A stretch of 43,952 bases of DNA from IMG/VR virus record IMGVR_UViG_3300037419_000521, positions 1 to 43,952 of that record. The stretch is one strand, 5' to 3'. The position numbers and the translations under genes were made by a program. The notes beneath the pieces are model-generated. The model did no database searches and had not been told where the DNA came from. It worked only from the letters and a program-made list of their open reading frames with translations. The stretch comes from a virus (lineage: Duplodnaviria; Caudoviricetes). Positions 17,543-24,626 of the stretch are shown in pieces (position 1 is the stretch's first letter; the number at the start of each line of letters is the position of its first letter).

Positions 17543-17662
17543 TAATGGGCGCCGCTCCACGGGAAATCTCTTCTGCAAGTGCCGCGCGAAGGAGCGTAAG
17601 CGGTCCCGTCCATCTGGGCTCATGGTTGCGTAAATGTTGAGCAAGTCATCAACGTCGTTCAT
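17432..17662 (-). CDS. Putative LexA-controlled antirepressor
   Basis: 76 aa, strong RBS GGAGGAG, upstream SOS box; overlaps the cI 3' end antisense. Confidence 0.65.
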   Translation of the reverse strand: MNDVDDLLNIYATMSPDGRDRLRSFARHLQKRFPVERRPLLSLVKNSNNVKTLNCIIDSGVDHRPIVSIGEAVHSK

Positions 17663-17690
17663 AGTCTCCTCCAAGTTCAGAACGCTAAAC

Positions 17691-17710
17691 TACTGTACAC
17701 CCATACAGTA
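17691..17710. promoter_or_regulatory. LexA (SOS) box
   Basis: TACTGTACACCCATACAGTA = CTGT-N8-ACAG; overlaps a candidate minus-strand promoter TGGCGA-17-TACAGT. Confidence 0.85.
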
Positions 17711-17828
17711 TTTTTCGCCAGTACTCGACGGGCCGAAGACTCGATCGTTACATGTGTGTATTGTGTGATGTCCTTAATTTAATGGTACTCCGGAAAATCG
17801 TATTTAAACCCATCTGTAATGAGCGCAA

Positions 17829-18161
17829 ATGAGGCCACAGGAAGATATTGATGCAGCAGCGGCGGACGATCGGATGCTTGATCAGCTGGAGAAAAAAGGG
17901 AAATTTTTTCCTGATTGGGTCGCTGCAGTAAAACAGGCTAGAACAGTTTGTGAAGATGCTGGACTGAATGCCGAGTTTAATGAGGAGGGCGAGGCTGAAT
18001 TTACAACATTTCAGACGGCGAAAGCTGTTCGCCACACTAGAGAAGACGTATCGGCAACGTTAATGTTACAGGTCGCGCTTCTTCGCCGCCTCGACCGGAA
18101 TCGCAATTACATGTGGGTGATTATTGCGCTGTTACTGTACATCGCGGCCCAGTTTAAATAA
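17829..18161 (+). CDS. Low-GC membrane-anchored protein (moron; possible exclusion or defence)
   Basis: 110 aa with C-terminal TM segment (YMWVIIALLLYIAAQF); AT-rich; lies between cI and pL. Confidence 0.7.
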   Translation: MRPQEDIDAAAADDRMLDQLEKKGKFFPDWVAAVKQARTVCEDAGLNAEFNEEGEAEFTTFQTAKAVRHTREDVSATLMLQVALLRRLDRNRNYMWVIIALLLYIAAQFK

Positions 18162-18461
18162 TCCCCGCTTGCGGCGGGGAATAAGAATCCGGAGGCATCC
18201 GGAACGCGGCCGGCAGGTCGCGAAAGGTGAGGATACTGCGAGGACGGTCCCCCGCGAACCGGAATCGATGAGGTAGGCAATAGTCTCTTCGTGTGTCCAA
18301 GCCGACCAGTGGAAGGAACCGGGAACCCATGTGGGTCCGATAATCCAACCACTGGCGTTATTCGCTTGCGGCCGCAAGCGAATGACTAGTCCCAGGCAAG
18401 GGACGATAAGCATGTCAGCCCGGTTTCCATCAACGGTGCTGACGACCGGTCGTTCAGCACC
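18162..18461. ncRNA. Candidate structured RNA (strand uncertain)
   Basis: At least 7 adjacent inverted repeats in 300 nt with no credible ORF; no known family recognised. Confidence 0.35.
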
Positions 18462-18480
18462 AAGCATGAGCATACGCAAA

Positions 18481-18594
18481 ATGCCTAAAGCTAAACGAAC
18501 TGCAACACAGGTGAATTGGCTTGGTGACGTGGCTAAAATAATTGGGGCAGTTGCCCTGCTACTGCGGACCCTTCACGACATCAATCTATTGTGA
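18481..18594 (+). CDS. Small hydrophobic peptide (37 aa)
   Basis: MPKAKRTATQVNWLGDVAKIIGAVALLLRTLHDINLL, followed by a GC-rich hairpin; no clear RBS. Confidence 0.4.
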   Translation: MPKAKRTATQVNWLGDVAKIIGAVALLLRTLHDINLL

Positions 18595-18602
18595 CCTGAG
18601 CT

Positions 18603-18630
18603 TGGCGGGTCGGTGACAGCCGGCCCGCCA
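18603..18630 (+). terminator. Hairpin after the small peptide
   Basis: TGGCGGGTCGG-TGACAG-CCGGCCCGCCA. Confidence 0.5.
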
Positions 18631-18668
18631 GTGCTGAACTCTACACCCACTCCCACCGGTTTACAACG

Positions 18669-18691
18669 GCCCGCCGCTAGCGGGCTTTTTC
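18669..18691 (+). terminator. Intrinsic terminator insulating pL
   Basis: GCCCGC-CGCTA-GCGGGC followed by TTTTT. Confidence 0.7.
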
Positions 18692-18876
18692 ACGTCTTCG
18701 CGCTCGTCTAATGGCTACTTCTGGCGTCACGGTGAAACCTAGTATCCATGCGGGATTCAGTCGATTTAACGACTTGTTTGGCGCCAGCATGCGCCACTGT
18801 CCGATCCCGCCTATCACTCCCTGACGCCGGGCAGGCGCGCCCGACATGTTCACGTTGCCTTTTATTTTCTCGGAAA

Positions 18877-18915
18877 ATGCGGTTGACGCATCATCACAAA
18901 ATGCGTACTATGCAT
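18877..18915 (+). promoter_or_regulatory. pL promoter with two operators (OL)
   Basis: TTGACG-17-TACTAT overlapped by ATGCGGTTGACGCAT (18877-91) and ATGCGTACTATGCAT (18901-15), the same motif as OR. Confidence 0.85.
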
Positions 18916-18955
18916 CTCATCGCAACCGAGCCCAGCAGGGCAGATGGAGAACACG

Positions 18956-19318
18956 ATGAGCAACGCCAGTACCGCTGAACAGCACGGACCGACGCCGTTT
19001 AAGTTTGGTAATACCATGTCCGAGCAGCGCATGGTCCTTGACGCAAAAGGCAAGTACGTCTGCAACGTGCAGATCCACCAGACACCGCGTTCGTTCGGTC
19101 TCTTCGACGAACCGCAGCGCGAGGCCAATGCCGCCTTCATCGTCCGCGCCTGCAACTCGCACGAGCAGCTGGTGGCGGCGCTGCGCGGCGCGCACGGCGC
19201 AATCGACACCCTGATGGCCTGCCTGATCTCGCTCGACCCGACGTTCATGCCGTCGAAGTCGGCCGTCTGGCCCGCGCTGACGGCGTGCACAGCCGCTCTG
19301 GCCACAGCGGAGGCCTGA
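18956..19318 (+). CDS. Early hypothetical protein
   Basis: 120 aa; common phage motif ANAAFIVRACNSHEQLVAAL; RBS GGAGA. Confidence 0.75.
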   Translation: MSNASTAEQHGPTPFKFGNTMSEQRMVLDAKGKYVCNVQIHQTPRSFGLFDEPQREANAAFIVRACNSHEQLVAALRGAHGAIDTLMACLISLDPTFMPSKSAVWPALTACTAALATAEA

Positions 19319-19319
19319 C

Positions 19320-19691
19320 ATGGACCGCTTCCCCTACGACGTCGAGGCGCGCGAGAACCGCATCTGCGAGCTGATCGACGCCCGCATCCACGCCATCAAG
19401 CACGACGTCCGCGCGAACCGCGCATCGACCGTCGCGGCCGTGCTGGAACGCCTCGACCTGGGCGACTTCGAAGGCGACGCGGCCGACGTGCTGCGCCAGG
19501 CCGTGATCGGCCACTCCGCGGCCGTAGGCGTCGACCACGCGGCAGCAGTCGAAGCGGCCATCTACTTCGAAGCCGAGGCGCTGGCCGAGCGCGACGTCGC
19601 CGACATGGAGCGCCGCCGCGTGGACTCGGCCCGCGAGAGCCGCATCGAGCAGCGCGTGTGGAACCACTTCTTCGAGCGGAGCGCGGCATGA
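19320..19691 (+). CDS. Hypothetical protein
   Basis: 123 aa, RBS GGAGG. Confidence 0.7.
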   Translation: MDRFPYDVEARENRICELIDARIHAIKHDVRANRASTVAAVLERLDLGDFEGDAADVLRQAVIGHSAAVGVDHAAAVEAAIYFEAEALAERDVADMERRRVDSARESRIEQRVWNHFFERSAA

Positions 19692-19906
19692 AATCCACCT
19701 GCCCGAATTGCGTCCACTGTCTGGACACCGGCAGCTTGTCCAAGGCGCTCGACGGCTACCTCGACTGCCCGCACTGCGAGGTGGCCGAGCAGCGTCGCGA
19801 TCTGGAAGCGTGGGCCCACCGCAAGGTCGCCGAGCACGGCGCAGCAGCGGCGATCTGGCTCGCCTTCAAACACGGCATGGCCCGCGCGGCCGGCCAACAC
19901 CAATAA
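19688..19906 (+). CDS. Zn-finger hypothetical protein
   Basis: CPNCVHC...CPHC; ATGA coupling. Confidence 0.65.
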   Translation: MKSTCPNCVHCLDTGSLSKALDGYLDCPHCEVAEQRRDLEAWAHRKVAEHGAAAAIWLAFKHGMARAAGQHQ

Positions 19907-19948
19907 ACCAACCGCCGGCGGCGCCGGCCAGAACGAGGAGCAAGGGAC

Positions 19949-20527
19949 GTGAGAAAGAACCGCGAAAAGTACGACCATATCTGCGGCCAGATCGCCGCCA
20001 AGGACCAGGCCGCCATCAACGCCCTGCTGCCGAACGGGGTGCCGCCTCAGTTCCACACTATCGAGCAGTACGAGGCGAAGCCGATCACCGTAACGACCGT
20101 CAGCCGCTACCGCCGCGGCTTCTACGTGAAGGGCGCTGACGCCCGGATCACGAAGAAGGACATCGAGGACGCCGATGCCGCGCTGGCCGGCTGGGCCGCG
20201 CCGGCACTGGACGACATCATGGTCGGCTACAGCTACAAGCAGACCTACGGCACCGTCAGCGGCGCGCACGCCTACCCGAAGATCGGCGGCGACGTGATGT
20301 TGGCGTGGGACGCCGAAGCACTGATACCCGAGATCGAGCGCCGCCGCGCGCTGTACGCGCCACGAGAAGGCCACGAGCCATGCGCGTACTGCAGCAAACA
20401 GACGCCGTCGGCCTCGATGGTCAGCGGGACGATCTTCTACCGCGACATCGGCGGCCTCGCGCGGAAGACCTGCCGCTACTGCAGCCCGACTTGCCATGGC
20501 CACGACCAGTGCGGACATGAGGGCTAA
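19949..20527 (+). CDS. Hypothetical protein with C-terminal Zn finger
   Basis: 192 aa; CAYC...YCSPTC. Confidence 0.7.
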   Translation: MRKNREKYDHICGQIAAKDQAAINALLPNGVPPQFHTIEQYEAKPITVTTVSRYRRGFYVKGADARITKKDIEDADAALAGWAAPALDDIMVGYSYKQTYGTVSGAHAYPKIGGDVMLAWDAEALIPEIERRRALYAPREGHEPCAYCSKQTPSASMVSGTIFYRDIGGLARKTCRYCSPTCHGHDQCGHEG

Positions 20528-20531
20528 GCCG

Positions 20532-20738
20532 ATGATCGCTGCCCGCATCGCGCGCCGCCTGGTGCGCAAGCTGATCAAGCCCTTTGCCCTGTGGCTGGCC
20601 GACCTGCAGATCGCCGAAGCCGAGGCGCACGCCGAACACTACGCGCAGCTGCGCGGCGACCTGGTCGGCATGGAAAAAGACATGCGCGTGTACGCCGTCG
20701 TGCTGGTCGCGCGCCGCAACGAAATTCGGAGTTGGTGA
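20532..20738 (+). CDS. Hypothetical protein
   Basis: 68 aa starting MIAARIARRL (alternative start 20517). Confidence 0.55.
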   Translation: MIAARIARRLVRKLIKPFALWLADLQIAEAEAHAEHYAQLRGDLVGMEKDMRVYAVVLVARRNEIRSW

Positions 20739-20878
20739 TGGTGTGCGCTTCCTGCTGCGGCCACGTCACCTGGCGCGGCCCCATCACCAACCTGACCCAT
20801 ACCGAATGCGCCGACTGCGGCGCGATCAACAACCAGCTGGTCGACCAGCCCGACGAAGAAGAGGACGACGAAGAATGA
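20738..20878 (+). CDS. Small Zn-ribbon protein
   Basis: 46 aa, CASC...CADC and an acidic tail; TGATG coupling. Confidence 0.6.
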   Translation: MVCASCCGHVTWRGPITNLTHTECADCGAINNQLVDQPDEEEDDEE

Positions 20879-20979
20879 TCCGCCACATCCGCAACCAGTA
20901 CCTGCTGTCCCTGCGTGCCGGTTTCGGCCCGCGCAAGGCGGCCGCCCGCGCGCTGCGCACCTACCTGAAAGGCTTCTGA
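20875..20979 (+). CDS. Small basic hypothetical protein
   Basis: 34 aa, MIRHIRNQYLLSLRAGFGPRKAAARALRTYLKGF; ATGA coupling. Confidence 0.55.
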   Translation: MIRHIRNQYLLSLRAGFGPRKAAARALRTYLKGF

Positions 20980-20980
20980 A

Positions 20981-21997
20981 ATGAGCAACGCCCTCGCTAT
21001 CGTCACCGGCGCAATCCAGGAAGCACGCGACGATTTTTCCCGCGTGCTGGTCGACCGCAGTATCAGCTTCGAGCGCGAAAGCGGCTTCGCGATCCAGATC
21101 CTGCAGAACAACGACTACACGATGAAGGTCGCGATGGGCGCCAAGCCGTCGCTGATCGCGGCCGTGACCAACATCGCCGCCATCGGCATCAGCCTGAACC
21201 CGGCGCGCAAGCAGGCGTACCTGGTGCCGCGCGGCGGAAAGATCTGCCTGGACATCAGCTACATCGGCCTGCTGGACATCGCCGTCGCCTCGGGCTCGAT
21301 CCTGTGGGGTCAGGCCGAGTTGGTGCGCGAGAACGACGCGTTCCGTAAGGTCGGCATGGACAAGCAGCCCGTGCACGACTTCGAGCCGTTCGGGAAGAAC
21401 CGCGGCGAAATCGTTGGCGCGTACGTGGTCGTGAAGCTGCACAACGGCGATTACCTGACCACGATCATGGACATCGACGACATCTACAGCATCCGCGATC
21501 GCTCGGAATCGTGGAAGCGCAACGGCGGCGGCCCGTGGAAGACCGACGAGGGCGAGATGATCAAAAAGACCGTCATCCGTCGCGCCTACAAGCTCTGGCC
21601 GAAGACCGAGCGCCTGGACAACGCCATGGACCAGCTCAGCCAGAACGGCGAGCGCATGGTCGACCTGAACGAGCGGCCGGCCGACTGGATCGACGTCGCG
21701 CCGATGATCGCCGACGCGATCGCCACGCGCACGGACGCGGAAGCGCTGCAGTACTGGCGCGAGAACAACGGCAAGCTGGCGCGCCAGCCGCAGGACCACA
21801 AGAAGCTCAAGGATGCGATCGCGACCCACCGCCAGGCGCTGCGCGATGCCGTGGACGCCGCGCGCACGATCGACATGGAGCCTGCCAAGCCGACCAGCCG
21901 CCCGGCGCCGGCCGCTCAGCCCGAGCCGGCCGACATGCCGCCGCCGCTGTCCGACGAGGAAGCCGATTTCCAACGTAGCCTGGGAGCACAGCCATGA
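20981..21997 (+). CDS. recT: RecT-family single-strand annealing protein
   Basis: GISLNP...AYLVP, ISYIGL and PW.TD..EM.KKTVIRRA.K.WP motifs. Confidence 0.92.
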   Translation: MSNALAIVTGAIQEARDDFSRVLVDRSISFERESGFAIQILQNNDYTMKVAMGAKPSLIAAVTNIAAIGISLNPARKQAYLVPRGGKICLDISYIGLLDIAVASGSILWGQAELVRENDAFRKVGMDKQPVHDFEPFGKNRGEIVGAYVVVKLHNGDYLTTIMDIDDIYSIRDRSESWKRNGGGPWKTDEGEMIKKTVIRRAYKLWPKTERLDNAMDQLSQNGERMVDLNERPADWIDVAPMIADAIATRTDAEALQYWRENNGKLARQPQDHKKLKDAIATHRQALRDAVDAARTIDMEPAKPTSRPAPAAQPEPADMPPPLSDEEADFQRSLGAQP

Positions 21998-23043
21998 AGT
22001 TTATCGAATGCCCACAAGGAAGTGCCGAATGGCTCGCCGCGCGCAGCGGCAAGATCACCGCATCCTGTTTCGCCGACGCCATCAGCGTCTGCCAAAAGAA
22101 GTCTGCTGCGCGTGATCCAGGCGAACCGACGGCGGTAGCCGAGCGCTACGCCGCCGACTTGGCGATCGAGCGTATCAGCGGCCAGCCGCACGGCGAGCCG
22201 CCGAAGGCCTGGGTGCTCGAGCGCGGCCACGAGATGGAGGCGCACGCGCGCCGCTACTACGAGGCGCGCACGGGCTCCTACGTGACCGAGGCCGGGATCT
22301 GCGTGACCGACGACGGCGCCTTCGGCTACAGCACGGACGGGCTGGTCGACGACGACGGCCTCATCGAGATCAAGGCGCCGATCGACAGCACGAAGATCCT
22401 CGCCATGTGGCAGACCGGCGACACGAGCGAATACGACCACCAGATGCAGGGCGGCATGTGGATCACCGGCCGGAAGTGGTGCGACTTCATCATGTACGTG
22501 CCGGATCTTGCCGCTGTCGGCAAGGACCTGTTCGTGAAGCGCATCTTCCGTGACGACGCGTTCATCGACGACATGGCCGCGCGTCTCGTGAAGTTCGACA
22601 GCATGGTGCAGCTTTTCGAAGGCGTGCTGCGCGCGCCGGCGGACGGCGACGTCGTCGACGCGGAATTGGACCCGGACTTCCAGGAAGTGGCCGTCGCGCC
22701 GGCCGCAACTTCGATGGCGGCCGAGCAGCCAGCAGCCGACCATGCGCACGTCGAACTGCCGCCGGCGCAGGCCGACCTGCTGAGCGCGCCCGCGCCAGCG
22801 ACCGTCACGCCGATCGACGCCGCTCGCGCGCCGGCGCCGGCCGATGAGGCGATGATCCGCCTGGGCCAGATCAACGAGCGCCTGTCACCGATCGCGCTGA
22901 CGGCCGACGGCCTCGCGCAGCTCGGCTTCGCACACGCCATGACGGACAAGGCGGCCAAGCTGTACCGCGAGTCCGATTTCCTGCGGATCTGCGCCGCGCT
23001 GCAGCGTCACATCAGCGCCGTGGCCCAGCCGAAGGCAGCGTGA
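21994..23043 (+). CDS. YqaJ/lambda-exonuclease family protein with C-terminal extension
   Basis: QGSAEWLAARSGKITAS, RGHEME, STDGLV...IEIK and QMQGGMWITGRKWCDF motifs. Confidence 0.92.
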   Translation: MKFIECPQGSAEWLAARSGKITASCFADAISVCQKKSAARDPGEPTAVAERYAADLAIERISGQPHGEPPKAWVLERGHEMEAHARRYYEARTGSYVTEAGICVTDDGAFGYSTDGLVDDDGLIEIKAPIDSTKILAMWQTGDTSEYDHQMQGGMWITGRKWCDFIMYVPDLAAVGKDLFVKRIFRDDAFIDDMAARLVKFDSMVQLFEGVLRAPADGDVVDAELDPDFQEVAVAPAATSMAAEQPAADHAHVELPPAQADLLSAPAPATVTPIDAARAPAPADEAMIRLGQINERLSPIALTADGLAQLGFAHAMTDKAAKLYRESDFLRICAALQRHISAVAQPKAA

Positions 23044-23044
23044 T

Positions 23045-23278
23045 ATGGCCGGGCAGCGCCCGTGCCTGTGGACGGTCCTGCACTGCCGTGAGCAGGACTT
23101 CCAGCGATTCCTCGGCGTCGACGGCGAGAAGGCCGCGGCGCAGCGCGTGAAGGAAGTCTGCGAGATCAGCTCGCGCGCCGAGCTGGACCGCGACGCGGCA
23201 GCGCACGCGCGCTGGGATGAGCGGATCCGGCGCGCGTACCTCAACTATCAAAAGCAGCACCCCACCAACCACCAATAG
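23045..23278 (+). CDS. Hypothetical protein
   Basis: 77 aa; C.EQDFQRFL...CEISSRAELD motif is common in phages. Confidence 0.7.
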   Translation: MAGQRPCLWTVLHCREQDFQRFLGVDGEKAAAQRVKEVCEISSRAELDRDAAAHARWDERIRRAYLNYQKQHPTNHQ

Positions 23279-23296
23279 GACCAGGAGATGTAACGA

Positions 23297-24037
23297 ATGA
23301 ACGCCACCTCGAAAAAAGAACAGACCACCCTGAACACCCTGAAGCGTGACCAGAACGGCTATGGCGCGCTGCCGGGCTTCGAAGACTTCACGCTGCCCGC
23401 CGAGGGACTGAAGCCCAGCGCCGTGGTCAATGGTAACGAGATCGCCATTGTCGAGCTCTGCGACGACTCGAATGCGAAGGAGACAGCCGCGTTCTGGCTC
23501 GGCGGCGGCGCCGATATCAGTGCCTGGCAGCCGATTGCGCCAGAAGGCGACGGCTGGATCCTGTCGGCAGTTCTCGCGAGCGAGGAGGGCCCGATCGCTG
23601 TCTTCGCTCGCCCCGGTGTGCACGGCGTCCTGACCGGCAAGGCGTATGCCCAGGAGTACTTGCTCGGGTCGATGATCAAGGCGGCCACGAAGCACCTGAA
23701 GACCCTGTCGAAGCCCTGGATCGAGATGAAGGAAGCGGAGCAGAAGCGCGTGCTGGCGACGGTGCAACAAGACTGCCGCGCCGCGGTGCGCGATGCGGTT
23801 GACATCATCGCCAGCAATGCCCGCATGACGTTCCCGGCGGCCGTCGACCAGGTCGTGTTCAAGGATGGCGTCAAGTGCGTGCTGACGCTGGCGAAAGGCG
23901 ACTGGGCGCATAGCCTGGCTGACGCCGAGGGCGGCTACGTCACGATCGTGATCGAGGAGCGTTCGAAGCTGCTGGACGAGGGCGACGCGCTGGCCGTCGA
24001 GCCGGATCAGAAATCGCTGCTGGGCGCGGAGGGCTAA
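23297..24037 (+). CDS. Hypothetical two-domain protein
   Basis: 246 aa, RBS AGGAG. Confidence 0.7.
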   Translation: MNATSKKEQTTLNTLKRDQNGYGALPGFEDFTLPAEGLKPSAVVNGNEIAIVELCDDSNAKETAAFWLGGGADISAWQPIAPEGDGWILSAVLASEEGPIAVFARPGVHGVLTGKAYAQEYLLGSMIKAATKHLKTLSKPWIEMKEAEQKRVLATVQQDCRAAVRDAVDIIASNARMTFPAAVDQVVFKDGVKCVLTLAKGDWAHSLADAEGGYVTIVIEERSKLLDEGDALAVEPDQKSLLGAEG

Positions 24038-24039
24038 TC

Positions 24040-24432
24040 ATGGGCCGCACTGTAGGACTGCGCCGCGCAGGCACGAACATGTCGAACGCCGAGAAGCTGC
24101 GCCGACGCGACGCAGCCTGCGTGCGGATCCGCGAGCTGCTGGCGAAAAAGCAGATGTCGGTGGCCGTGATCGCCTCCGAGCTCGGCTTGAACACGGGCAC
24201 CGTGTACGGCTACCTGTGCTTCCTGGCCGAGCTGGGCGAGGTGCGCCGCGCCGGCAACCCGGGCGCGCGCCGCCCGCTGTGGGAGCTGGGCATCGAGGAC
24301 GCGGCGAAGCTGGAAGCGCACGCCATGCGGCCGCCGGGCGTCGTCATCGTGCCGGCTGTGCAGGTGGGCATGTGGCGCGATCCGCTGGACGTCGCGTTCT
24401 TCGGGCCGGCGCGCGGAGGTGTCGCATGCTGA
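24040..24432 (+). CDS. Winged-HTH protein
   Basis: MSVAVIASELGLNTGTVYGYLCFLAELGEV. Confidence 0.7.
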   Translation: MGRTVGLRRAGTNMSNAEKLRRRDAACVRIRELLAKKQMSVAVIASELGLNTGTVYGYLCFLAELGEVRRAGNPGARRPLWELGIEDAAKLEAHAMRPPGVVIVPAVQVGMWRDPLDVAFFGPARGGVAC

Positions 24433-24626
24433 TGCTCGAATGGATCGATGCCGCGGCCACGCTGCCCGACGACGACGCCTTGGTGCTCGTCGCGCTGAAC
24501 GATGACGACGTGTGGCCGGCGTTCCGCAACGCGGGTATTTGGCACTACGTGGACGCGACGCCGATCCTGCGCGAGCGCGTCACGCACTGGATGCGCATGC
24601 CGGCGGCGCCGGGGGTGGCGGCATGA
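24426..24626 (+). CDS. DUF551-like hypothetical protein
   Basis: 66 aa; WI.....LPD...VTHWMRMPAAP. Confidence 0.7.
   Translation: MLMLEWIDAAATLPDDDALVLVALNDDDVWPAFRNAGIWHYVDATPILRERVTHWMRMPAAPGVAA

Noticed and set aside
18435-18461. CTGACGA resembling a hammerhead ribozyme core
   Set aside because: No correctly placed GAAA or stems; the motif is buried in a simple hairpin.
18132-18479. 115-aa minus-strand ORF across the hairpin-rich segment
   Set aside because: TTG start with no RBS, and the composition does not look like a real protein.
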